A stretch of 64,000 bases of DNA, from assembly GCF_009914755.1 (NCBI RefSeq), contig NC_060937.1, one strand, 5' to 3'. Below are positions 42,416-58,871 of this stretch, one piece after another. The DNA comes from the human T2T-CHM13v2.0 reference genome, Homo sapiens. How positions within the stretch are numbered: position 1 is the stretch's first letter; each line of letters opens with the position of its first letter. The position numbers and the translations under genes are program-made. The notes below the pieces were generated by a model. It saw only the letters and a list, made by a program, of their open reading frames with translations. It did not search any database and was not told the origin of the DNA.

Positions 42416-43429
42416 AAGAGATTTTGCTTAATATGTTAACTTTAGGGTTAGTTTTTGACTGAGAAAAATATACCTATTATAAATGTTCATCGGTAGAAGT
42501 AAAATTTAAAAATATTTGCATCACTCTAGGGAATAATCAGCTGTTAAAATAATGAAGTAGAGGTAAACGTGTTCTGTTTTATATTGATGTCCATGATAAA
42601 CTGTTTACTAATGACAAAAAAGCTAACTACTGAAAAAAAATCATAATAAAAACTGTGTATATTTGTTTATATGGGAATATATATATATACAGTGATAAAT
42701 GTCGAGATAAATATAATTTGATGCTAAAGTAGGGAGAGCAAGAAGGCAGACTTTCACTTTATAACCTGTGTATTGTTTGAGTTGATTATTTTTTCCCTTT
42801 CCTTAAAATATATCCTGTATTATTTGTGTAATAACAAAAAGAAAGAAAGAAATATTTGATTACAAAAGGAATTTCCATTACAAGAGGGGGGAAATTCAAT
42901 TTATCAGTTTGATAATAAAACTTCAGAACTTTATACATAAATTGCCTGATAGGCAAGAAAAAGCTAATATGAGTGACTTACATATAAATTTATTGGGTGA
43001 TATATTGATTTAGGGAGAATTTTTTTTTCTCTTAAATCTGGGCCCACATCTCAAATGCTGGGAGAGTTATCAGCGCTAAATTCTCTCTTGGAATGGTACT
43101 ACTATTCAACATTGTCTCATTTTTAAAGCCCCTTAAAAATTACTCTAAAATTAGTAACTTCTACTCACTGTTGCATGAGTTGAGGCCCTAAGACCGCTTA
43201 AATTAAACTTTGTGATTATTTAAGTACTGCTTCCTAGATTTCTACCCTATTAAAGCCTAAGTGTATGCACATTTAGCAAAAATCTCAGATGAGTACATCA
43301 CAGAGGCAAATCATAGAATCTCTGGTATAGATAGGATTTAACTCACCACAGAGGGTTGAAACTTAAACAGAACCAGGCTTGGGTTCGGGTGCCACCACAT
43401 AGATGCTTCAGTTTTCTTTTCTGGAGAAT

Positions 43430-43570
43430 TATACAATAGTTTTCTTCTCTTTAAATTGGGAACAATAGCGGCATCTACCTCAAAGGGGTGTTTGAAGATT
43501 AAATGTGATAATGCTTCAAAAGCATTTAGCGAAGTGCCAATCTCTGTTATGTCCGCTTGTATTGTTATTT
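43430..43570 (+). mobile_element. MIR fragment
   Basis: gttttcttctctttaaattgggaacaatagcggcatctacctcaaaggggtgtttgaagattaaatgtgataatgc. Confidence 0.7.
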
Positions 43571-45464
43571 TTGCTGTTGTTCCTGTTGTCATTTGAAGAT
43601 GCTGAGAAGGTGCCTGCATTGGCACCTAGGAGATAAGTAGCCAGAGCTGAGGGGAGAGATGGACTCCAAAGCTTTGCCTGCTTCACAAAGAGTCCACTAT
43701 GCTTGCAGCTTTATCTGCTACTGTCACAGAAAATCTATTGGGATCTTCAGCTTAGATCCATTGTTCTATAAACATTTATTGGGTCGCTACTCTAGGCTAG
43801 GGACTTTGTATCTTGGGATTTACAGATGATTTAAGAGTTTTTGTGAATGAGTTTCTGCAGATCATTTGAATGCCTGGTAAAGGCCCTCCGGGCTACACAG
43901 AAAAGCAGCTTTCTGGGACAGAAAGGAATCAAAGCTTCTTCTCTGAGCTAGGAATGCTCTACCTTTGACCTCACATGACAGCCACCTCCTGAAATCTCCC
44001 ACATGCCCTTTCTTAGCGCTCCAGGACAGACATGGAAACAGGAAGTATTTAGCATCAGTTCACTCAGACTTGCCCCCTTGGCACAAAATTACACACACAC
44101 ACCAGCCTTCCCAGGCTATCCAGTGTGACTCATTCACTATATGTCTGTTGTGTTGCAGGCACAATGCATAAGGAGATGCCTTTTAAGTGGACTGAACAGT
44201 ATAGATGATCTCTTCTCACCAGTGTGATTGTATTACTGGTAAACTCTCACAAATGAACACTCACAGCCCCATGGACTGGTGTTTTTTCACCATTTGTTTT
44301 AATTTGTGGATTTCTATATTTGGTGGTTGTGTTTCATAGAGGAAAAGCAGAACAACACAACTGTAGAATCATTTTGATTGCATGTGATGAAAACATTGGA
44401 AAGCTACAGATATACAATATTCAGGTCAGTTTAGAATGTTAGTGTGACTGGCATATCAAAATCTAATCTTAATTAGAGCCTTGGAATGATTAAGCGGTCT
44501 AGAGAAGAAAGTAAAACAAGGGAATAAGCAGTCTTCCTAAGAATCAAATCATCACTCAAATACATTTTATCTAACTATCTGTACCTATAAACGCAGAAAT
44601 GTAAGGTTATGTCATGTGAAAGCAAAATATTACATTTCATGAATATAGAGAAACCTGGTGTGAGTCCAGAAATGGGAAAATATTTATGCGTAGTTTTGTC
44701 TTCCTCTTTTATAATTAATTCACCATTAGACATGTAATTATAATTCAGAAATGGGCAAAATACACTCTATGGTTTTAACCATTGATAGATTTGTAAACAA
44801 AAGCAGCTGGACTGAAATTTCTTCAAGGAAATATTTACATGCCAACAGTTTATCAAACTGAAAATCTGCACATGGGCATTATGTTAATGATAGTGCAAAA
44901 ATGATTCATTCTGTGCCTCCTACTAGTTCACAAGGCACCAGATGTAAAAGAATAAAATTTAGGTGCAAAAGTGGAAAAGATGTGCTTTTAATTCTTTACC
45001 ACCTTTCAGAAAGAACCATCATTATTTGGCTATTGTCATTCATTCCTTAAACTACTTCATATTACCTTATTTCTTGAAGGGGCATTAAAAGAAGTTAATA
45101 CAAAATAAGATTAATTCCAAACCACAGGACTTCGGGGTTATGGAATACAAAGACAAACAACCATCACCAACAAATGCTATTATTTTGTTTCAATAACCTG
45201 GCAAAGCAAATGGCTGTATAGTATCCTGGTCTAGTATTTTCAAAATTTCGATGTTCTGCAAGTTTTTTCACTAAGAAGCTGAGAGAAGTAATGCCAGTTG
45301 ATTTGCCTCCACCCCCATGAGGATGAGTGAGGGTGAGGATTAAAGAATGTGCACGGGTTACACTAGCAGAATTCCTTTCAGGAAAATAAGAGAAAAGAGT
45401 GAACCTACTAAAAATAAACATAGAAATATGCCAGGACACTAGAATGGAAAGAATAAAATTTTAG

Positions 45465-45785
45465 TTTGTGGAGACACATGGCTTAAATATCATCTCTTCC
45501 GGGTTCATAATGTCTGTGTGATCTTGGACAATTACTAAATCCCCCTGAATCTCCATATAGTAAACAGTAAAACAGTGACATTCATGCAAGTCATACCACC
45601 AGACCCTGAACTAAGCATGTTTTTACTTCGTCTTCACATTCATCTCTAGTTGTATTATCTCCATTTCACAGATCGGGAAACCAAAATCACATACAAATTA
45701 CTCACCTGCTCAATTCACAAAAACTAATAAATGACACAGTAGAGAATTGAAACTAGTCCATGCACTTGACCAGCATGCTATACCA
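45465..45785. mobile_element. Two adjacent MIR fragments in opposite orientation
   Basis: ctgtgtgatcttggacaattactaaatccccctgaatctc (+) followed by tattatctccatttcacagatcgggaaacc (-). Confidence 0.55.
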
Positions 45786-46099
45786 GGGAAGTTCACTCTA
45801 GAAGAAAAAACAAACCTAGTTAATGGAATCAAGGAGCATGGTTATTGTGGAATCTGCATACAACATTCACTTGAGTTTGAATAACTGGGTAAAAGACAAT
45901 TGAACCTTCTATTTTCTATCTTTCCTGGGTGAGATTGGTTTCAGAGCTTGGAGAAAAGAGGAACCAAAAGGTAATAGCTATATAAGTCAAGATCAAAAAA
46001 TGGAGTATAGCCATGAATGGAATTAAGGGAGTGTTTCAAATAGGACTTTATGAAATTAACGAAGAAAAACAATTTATTTCATCTATTTATGAGGAAGCC

Positions 46100-46663
46100 T
46101 TCCATCAGCAAATAACAAGAGCAGCAACATCAAGCCCAAAAATGACTCAAATCATGAGGATACTTGTTGTACAAGTAACAAGAAATACAGGTAGAGTTTA
46201 GCAGCTCAGTGATGTCATTAAGGGCCTAGACTTTTTCTCTATGTTCTGGCATCCTAGATTTTTGACTTAATGACTTTTGCCTTATGGTTGCAATACAGTC
46301 ACTGCACCTCTAGCATCCTCCAAAAAGAAAACAGGGATATGAAGCAAAACACTTTCTTCTCATCAATATTTTCCCTGCTATTTTGAATAAGAAGCCACAG
46401 GGAGCACATTTTTTCCTGTCACATTGGCCAGAATTTTGTCAAGTGCTTACTCCTGGAGTAATTTGACCAAAGGGGATTTGGGATCCCTAGAGTAAATGTA
46501 CACTCATGGTTATTCCCAGGATACAACAATGGGACTGGAGAAAAACCTTCTCTTCCATAGGACTAAGGGATTTACACTCACCACCTACTTAAATATATTT
46601 GCTACAAACAGAAAATGAGGAGTGGAATGGCTGCTTCATAGCTGATGAGCAGTGTCTGCCACA
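46100..46663 (-). mobile_element. Old MLT1 (K-like) LTR
   Basis: gcagctcagtgatgtcattaagggcctag...gtcacattggccagaatt...gagcagtgtctgccaca. Confidence 0.65.
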
Positions 46664-49425
46664 TGTAGTAAATATGCATCTTAAGTGATTATCCACAGAA
46701 GATGATTCTGTTAACAAGATAAAAAATATCAATGATGTCTAAGAGGTGTATTTCAATCCCTGAAAAAAAATAATATGCATATTTAATTTCAAAGCTGAAA
46801 CATTAGCCGAAGTGTGGTAATTCTGTATCATCAGCTTCAAATAAATCAATGACAGTAGTCATTAGAGATGGTGTGAATCGTTCATTTTCTTTGTGAATTG
46901 TTCATAGTTGTAATTCAATAGAGAAAAATAAGAAACAACAATAATAATAACTTTTTATTAGTCATGCTGAAGTAGCAAACCAGTGGCATGGATAATTGAA
47001 AAGAGTGGATTATATGCATAATGATGAACTACTTAGGTTATTTGCCTTACTAGAGATCATTTTGCATTCCCAAAGCATATTATCACCTATTTATTTGAGG
47101 AAGTCGTCACTAAGCATCTTGAGTGAAAAGTCCTATAAATCTAGGTCAGAGAAGTTTCTACAGTTAAAATACAATACGATTGTAAAATTTACTATAAAGG
47201 TAAAGGTGAATATTGATTATGAGGAAGTGTCTTTGGTGAGCAAAGTCAATGAATGCCCTTTGGAATGATGGTAGATAATTTTAGAGAAGTTTGAAAACAC
47301 AGGAAATTTATATCACTTGTTATAGCATAAATTTAGGAAGCATTTTTTAGTCTACCTTTATAAGAGTTCAAGGTACTTTTTCCAAGTTATACTTTATTAT
47401 AAAGTTATGAGGGGTCCAGTAATTTTCTTAATAGGCTCATGGGCACATTTTAAGTCAAAAGTACACATATGCTAATACTGATTTCATCATTGCTATCACT
47501 GCCATTTTATTTTATATGCCTTCCCTTTGGACCACAACTATGTATAATGATGGTGGTAGCATTTGATGTCCTCTTAAGCTCATTTTATAAATTACTTGTT
47601 GGTCTTCTTATTTTTTTTTTACATGAGACATAACACCTATTTCCTAGTCAAGCCAGGTTGTCTGTATTATAGTGTACATTCTGTGGGACAGAACCTTTCT
47701 TCTCAGTTGTCTTCCTCAACCACTTAATTCAAGAGCTTTCATTTTTCAAAATAAACATGAGAATTATAACATAAATTGCTTCTGTATCTTTCTGTTATCT
47801 AGACTTCAGTGATAGATGTTGCTTTTTGTGCATTACCCTCTTTTAAAAAATTACATTCATAAGCTGCTACTTGGATATTTACAAAATAAACCAAAAAGGA
47901 GAAATGGCTGCATTGATATTACTACACTACCCAAATATAAGAAAATGGGCTGGACTTTTTTCTCCTATTCTCCATCATTTGGATTTTGTTACTCTGAGAG
48001 GGACACTGGCTACATAGTTGCCAAAAAATGCACATGTAATTCCTATGTATTCTATGAGGAGACTGGTCATAATAATCTATTGTTTAAACCCAGGCACTTT
48101 GGATATTGGAAAGAGGCATTATTAATAAATTTTCTAGGAAAATAGGCATAAACCAAGACTGCCTTGGGTACAGCAAGACATATCATCACCCTAGAGATAA
48201 GTAACTAAAGCACTTGGTTCTTCTGTACTATTTACTAGGTTCCTTTTTTTATTGTTAAGAAGGCAAAATAGAATTGAAAAAATAGTCTTATGATTTAACT
48301 TCCTAATAAAAATCCATAGAGATCACACCATGCAATCATGTGAAATGAAAGTGAAATCAAAAGGAGATGGAGATGTTTACAACTTGGTACGGGAAAAAGA
48401 AAGCAAGGAGAAAACACAAGTCTTTAAATAGGATAACTTCACACAGCAGCACAAATGCGAGAAGAAAGCCCTGTTAAAATGTCCCTTGGCAGCAATGTTC
48501 TCATTTGCCAGAGGGCAGTTTGCCGTGGCCAAATGCTTTCTGATTCCAGTAAATCTACCTCCTCAACCATTTATGCGAGGATTTAGAGAAAAGGATTAGG
48601 AAGAAAACTACTTGGAACTGATCAAGAAATGAAACAATTCAAACATACAGTGCTTGTTTTGTCTCTGATTGAGAGGGAAGGGTAAAATAGTATTCCATAT
48701 GGTAAACTCCACTCAATGAAATGCAGTACTAAATCTAGGAAATAAATTGTTTATGGTTGTGAGAAAACACTCGATGATTGGAACAACAGATTAGTTTCAA
48801 AAGTATGTGATTGCTCACTTCAAAGAATATGTGAGGGCTGAGGCCTGTTATAAAATGTTTCATAAGAATAAGGTAAGAATGACTCCCAAATGCATAACTC
48901 ACCCCTGAAGCATGAACATCCTTCTGTGTTCTCCCATTTCAGGATGTTTGTAGATTTAAGATATCCAACCTGCCTACAGTTTTCTCCCTGAATGTTACAT
49001 AGGGGAAACTTAAAAACCACAATCCTTGGTCATTGTCTTTTTCCTCCCAACTCTTAGGATCCCCACATCACAAGCTAATCAGGCAGCAGATTTGAATTCC
49101 CACTACTATGCTAGATTCAGTAAAGAAATACAATAAAAGTCAGATACATTATGCTTGTTTTCAAAAATCTGGCTCTTTAAATTAGGATATAAAACAATAT
49201 AGATGAAATATTTGGAACTTGGTAAAGAGCTTAACTCTGTAGTATCAATTGCTCCTTGGTTCTGAAATAGCTTTAAGGAAAATATTGACTTGACAAGCCC
49301 GGAGGGAGAGGCAGCCCAAGGAACAAAGCAGAAAAAGAAGATTATTTCCAATAATTTTTTAACACATAGGAGGGAAGGGACAAAGAGACAAATCTAGAAT
49401 CTCTTTTGACTAAAGTGAAAGGTTA

Positions 49426-49773
49426 TGTATTAGTTGGTTTTCACACACCTGATAAAGACATACTCAAGACTGGGTAATTTATAAAGTAAAATAGGTTTAA
49501 TGGACTCACAGTTCTGTGTGCTTATCATGTCAGAGGCAAAAAGCACGTCTTACATGGTGTCAGGCAAGAGAGAAATGAGAACCAGGCAAAAGGGGTTTCC
49601 CCTTAAAAAACCAACAGAGCTCATGAAACTTATTTACTACCATGAGAACAGTTCGGGGGGAACTGCCCCCATCATTCAATTATCTTCCACTGGGCCCCTC
49701 TCACAACACATGGGAATCTGGGGAGCTATAATTCAAGATGAGACTTGGGTGAGGACACAGCCAAACCATATAG
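49426..49773 (-). mobile_element. THE1B-like solo LTR
   Basis: tgtattagttggttttcacac...gacacagccaaaccata; TSD-like ggtta / ggtaa. Confidence 0.9.
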
Positions 49774-50242
49774 GGTAAATATTGCCAAAAAGTGATATAA
49801 GAAGAAAAAATAATTGGTAAGTGAATGACTCACTTGCCAAAGTGAAGATTTGAAAAATCTTCAAATTTAATAAAGAAATAGACTCACTGACATAAGCAGT
49901 CACTACATTTTGTTAATTACATTCAAGAAAACTAAGCACTATCATAAATTATCCTGATATAGTATTAGATATTTAAATTTGGATAGTGAATAGTATAAAT
50001 GCTATAATTACAAATAAATCTTTTTCTAGAATATGTCTTTCAATTTCCAATACTGAATTTCCACTGATTATTTTACATTTTTAATGTTTAAATTAAATTT
50101 TAATTTTTATCAATATAAGATATGCATCCTTATAAAAGAGTCTATATATTTCATTATCTTGTACATTTATATATGTATATATGTATATGCCAGAACTAAC
50201 CCCATCCCTCCCCAAACTTGTTTCCTATTAAGAAACAGAATT

Positions 50243-50500
50243 AGCCAGGTACAATGGCTCATGCCTGTAATCCCAGCACTTTGGGAAGCTGAGGTAGAAG
50301 GAACACTTGAGCCCAGGAGTTCAAGATCACTGGGCCAACCAAATGTGACCCCCATGCCTGTGGTCTCAGCTACACAGGAGGCTGAGGCAGGAGGATCCTT
50401 TGAGGTAGGAGGATCCCTTGAGACCGCAGTGAGCCACATTCCTGCCACTGCATTCCAGCCTGGGTGACAGACTCTGTCTCAAAAAAGAAAAAAAAAAAAA
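50243..50500 (+). mobile_element. AluJ with internal deletion and short duplication
   Basis: J-type cttgagcccaggagttcaag; linker absent; TSD aagaaacagaatt (50230-50242 and 50501-50513). Confidence 0.9.
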
Positions 50501-51229
50501 AAGAAACAGAATTAACATTGAAGCAGTTAATTTTAGTGTTTGGCTACACATTACAAAATAATATGTTTTTGATGTTGTGATGTCTTCTTTTGAAAATCTT
50601 ATATATTATCTTTTCACCTCGTTTTTAACTACCTTACATCAAACGAGACGTTCGAATATACCTTTAGCCCTTTTACTCAGTTTATATTGCTCCTTTTGTA
50701 AAATTAACATTATTATTGATCTATACAAGTGCTACCTATAATTGTACCATGTGGCATAATATGACTGTGTATGCTTTCTTGTGTTCTTTTTATCTTTCCC
50801 AGAATTAGTAATTCTCTAATTTACTCGGATAACCTTTTATCATTAAGGCATCTCAAAACTAGACAACAGTATGTAAGCTTCTTTCATATGTGATCAAACA
50901 TATCTGGTATTGTATCAGTTTATTTAGTTATTTATTTTTTAAAGACATCTCTGCTAGAGCTGCAATTTATTTCCCGAATTCGATCAGATTTTTCTAGGCC
51001 TGCTGCCAGGCTTTCATGCTAAGACTCCCACTTGCCATTATTCTAGGAATTTGCTTTGTTTTTGTTCTATTCTAGATTCTATATTTCCTGGAGTTAATAG
51101 ATTCTTATTTTTTAAGTCAACCTTATTGAAGGATAATTTATGTACCATAAGATATACCATTTTAAGCATGCAGTTATACGACTTTGACAAATGTGAGCAC
51201 CTTTGTCCTTCTTTTTTCTTTTTAAACTC

Positions 51230-51834
51230 ATGGTTCTGTTTTTTTATGTAAGGAAACACCCCTAAATTAAATGAGATATTAAATTTAAGTACCTGAAAAC
51301 AAAAAATTATTTTTTCTCACATTTCATCAACTGATAAATATATAATCTTGTTTCATATGTGTTACAGTTTAAAAACATTTAATATATGTTGTTGATTCAT
51401 TAACATCGAAGTCACTGCCAAAAGCACTATAACTTGACCGAATGAAGCATATCTAGCACAAGTATTTTCTCCCTAAGGCACATCACAGACTTCTCTTGCT
51501 TGGGAATACTTTATAGCAGTCGGTACAAAGCTTCAGTGCCATTTTAAACAGCACAATTACCAACAAAAAGTGCAAAAATGAGAAAAAACATGAGTAAATA
51601 GAACATGAAAAGGACATTTGTTTACAGTAGGAGAGCTGTAAGAAGTCGGAATATCGCCTTGTTCAATCCAGCTGGAAACATGCACATTTATTAGGCAACT
51701 CACATTTCTCTCTACTTTGTGCATTTCTATGAAAGACAAGAAAGCACAGCGAGTATTGGTTTGAAGTTGTAAATTAATTTTAGTGACTAGGCAAGTTTGC
51801 AAGTATGGAATTCATGAATAACAACAATAGAGTG
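51230..51834 (-). mobile_element. MER82-like TcMar-Tigger DNA transposon
   Basis: gccattttaaacagcacaattaccaacaaaaagtgcaaaaatg...aaaaggacatttgtttacagtaggagagctg...gccttgttcaatccagctgg. Confidence 0.75.
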
Positions 51835-51869
51835 TGTGTGTATATACACATATAGAATTCTTTAAAAGA

Positions 51870-52700
51870 TTTGTATTCTTTGCTCTAATATTTTGAGATT
51901 TGAAGAGTCTATAACTTAGTATAAATCTTTTTTTAGGGTCCAATTATTCAAAATAACTCAGTGTTTTTTCTTTGGTTTTGTTTTGTAAAATTTTCTTGGT
52001 AATTTCCTCTTTTGCATTTCTCATTATCATTCTTAAACACTTACTAATAATCAATAAGTCCTCCTGTATTGATATTCTGATTATCTTTTCATTTCTTTCA
52101 GATTTCTCATTTTTTAGTTCTTTTCTCCTAATTTCCAGTAGAAGTATCAACTTTCTTTCCTAAAATACCAGTGGAAAATTTTATTTTACTACTTTTCTAT
52201 TTCCAAAAGCTTTTTATTTTCTAGTTTTTAAAATGTTATAGCATCTTATTTCTATTTTATTGATGAGTATTGGACTTTATTTAGATGAGGATATACATTA
52301 TAATTTCACTCAATATTTTGTTTGTGTTTTCTGCAATTGATTTTTGTGGGGTTTTTTGTTACTTTACTTTTGTCTCTTTTTTATAGAAGTTTTCTGTAAC
52401 TTATGCATCAGGTGACTGATGATGACCTGTTGTTACATTTACAATGTAAAAATTAGTCATCAAAAGGTGTGCATGGTAGGAGTCTGTAGGCTGGTAGACC
52501 TTACCAGGGAGTAAGTGTGTGGAGATTTCATTGTTTCCTTAAGGGACTTCCAAATATCTGCCTTGATAGGCCTGTTATCTTGGGCTAATAAATTTCTCAG
52601 AGAGGAAAATTTTAGACTCCCCTTTTTCTATATAAGGTGGATGGAATTGAGAAGGGGTTAAAAAAGTTAACAGTAAGAGCATTTTTAAATTTGAATAGAC
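51870..52700 (-). mobile_element. Degraded L1ME-type ORF1/5' region
   Basis: T-rich L1-like sequence; 51944-52150 minus ORF resembles ORF1 (NEKIIRISIQED...KEEITKKILQ). Confidence 0.45.
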
Positions 52701-52724
52701 TCCATCTCAAATATCAAATATTCA

Positions 52725-53717
52725 TTTTTGAAATTGTTGATATATTTATTTTACTTGACAGATAAAATTATATATTTATCATGTACAACATATTTTAAAA
52801 TATGTACATTTTGAAATGAATACATTGAGTTAATTAACATATGCATTGTCTCCCGCATTTTTAAATTTTTTGTGACGAGAACAATAAAAACCTACTCTTT
52901 AAGCAATTTTCATGAGTTCCATTGATTGGTATTAACTGTAGTCACCCTGTTGTGCAACAGAACCCATGAACTTATTTGTCCTATCTAAGTAAAATTTTGT
53001 ATCCTTTGATCAATGTCTTCTCAAACTCATCCCATCACTCCCTCCCCAAGTCCCTGGAAACCATATCCCACTCTGCTTCTATTTGTTTGACTTTTTTGGA
53101 TTCCACATATGAATGAGATCATGCAGTATTTCTCTTTCTTGCCTGGATTATTTCACTTAACATAATGTCATCGATTCAAACATGTTGTCACAAATGACAG
53201 AATTTCCTTTTTTTTAAGGCCTAAATATAGCATTTCATTGTGTATGTATACCACATTTTCTTTATGCATTCATCCATTGATGGACACTTAGATTGATTCT
53301 AAATCTTGGCTATTTTGCTATTGTGAATAATGCTGAAATAAACATGGGAGAGCAGATATCTCTTTGAGATGTTGTTTTCATTTCCTTTAGATATATATCC
53401 AGTAGTAGGATTGCTGGATCATATGGTAGTTCTATTTTTAACTTTTTGAGAAACCTCCACATTGTATTCCATGATGGCTATACTAATTTACAGTCTCAAC
53501 AACGCTCTACAAGGAGCCACTTTTCTCCAAATCCTTGCCAACACTTATTATCTTCCATCTTTTTGATAATAGCCATTTTAACAGTTGTGAGATGATACCT
53601 CATTGTGGTTTTAATTTGCATTTCTCTGATAATTAGTGATGTTGAATTTTTTTTATATGCCCGTTGGCCATTGGTATTTCTTATTTTGAAAAATGTCTGT
53701 TCTCATTCTTTGTCCAG
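52725..53717 (-). mobile_element. L1MA-type element, 3' UTR and ORF2 C-terminus (left part, host of the L1PA insertion)
   Basis: ggattccacatatgaatgagatcatgcagtatt...gtgagatgatacctcattgtggttttaatttgcatttctctgataattagtgatg. Confidence 0.85.
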
Positions 53718-53967
53718 TTTTTTTTTTTAATCTCATATCACTTTTTTTCTTTTTTTTTTAATTATTATACTTCAAGTTTTAGGGTACATGTGCACAATGT
53801 GCAGGTTAGTTACATATGTATACCTGTGACATGCTGGTGCACTGCACCCACTAACTCGTCATCTAGCATTAGGTATATCTCCCAATGCTATCCCTCCCCC
53901 CTCCCCCCACCCACAGCAGTCCCCAGAGTGTGATGTTCCCCTTCCTGTGTCCATGTGTTCTCATTGT

Positions 53968-57810
<3,843 letters not shown>

Positions 57811-57858
57811 TTATTTTGCTCATTAGTTGATGCAGTTTCTTCCTAGTCTCAATGGTCT

Positions 57859-58871
57859 TTACATTTTGGCATGATTTTGCAGTGGCTGGTATCGGTTTTT
57901 CCTTTCCATGTTTAGTGCTTCCTTCAGGAGCTCTTTTAGGGCAGGCCTGGTGGTGAGAAAATCTCTCAGCATTTGCTTGTCTGTAAAGTATTTTATTTCT
58001 CCTTCACTTATGAAGCTTAGTTTGGCTGGATATGAAATTCTGGGTTGAAAATTCTTTTCTTTAAGAATGTTGAATATTGGCCCCCACTCTCTTCTGGCTT
58101 GTAGAGTTTCTGCTGAGAGAGCCGCTGTTAGTCTGATGGGCTTCCCTTTGTGGGTAACCCGACCTTTCTCTCTGGCTGCCCTTAACATTTTTTCCTTCAT
58201 TTCAACTTTGGTGAATCTGACAATTATGTGTCTTGGAGTTGCTCTTCTCGAGGAGTATCTTTGTGGCGTTCTCTGTATTTCCTGAATCTGAATGTTGGCC
58301 TGCCTTGCTAGATTGGGGAAGTTCTCCTGGATAATATCCTGCAGAGTGTTTTCCAACTTGGTTCCATTCTCCCCATCACTTTCAGGTACACCAATCAGAC
58401 GTAGATTTGGTCTTTTCACATAGTCCCATATTTCTTGGAGGTTTGTTCGTTTCTTTTTATTCTTTTTTCTCTAAACTTTCCTTCTCACTTCATTTCATTC
58501 ATTTCATCTTCCATCGCTGATACCCTTTCTTCCAGTTGATCTCATCGGCTCCTGAGGCTTCTGCATTCTTCACGTAGTTCTCGAGCCTTGGCTTTCAGCT
58601 CCATCAGCTCCTTTAAGCACTTCTCTGTATTGGTTATTCTAGTTATACATTCGTCTAAATTTTTTTCAAAGTTTTTAACTTCTTTGCCTTTGGTTTGAAT
58701 TTCCTCCTGTAGCTCGTAGTTTGATCGTCTGAAGCCTTCTTCTCTCAACTCGTCAAAGTCATTCTCCGTCCAGCTTTGTTCCATTGCTGGTGAAGAACTG
58801 CGATCCTTTGGAGGAGGAGAGGTGCTCTGCTTTTTAGAGTTTCCAATTTTTCTGTTCTGTTTTTTCCCTAT
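57859..58871 (-). pseudogene. L1 ORF1: LINE-1 ORF1, disrupted
   Basis: Start ATG>ATA at 58869-58871; TGA at 58542-58544; 1-bp deletion near 58441; C-terminal 186 codons open (KRPNLRLIGVPE...ARREWG...YPAKLSF). Confidence 0.92.
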
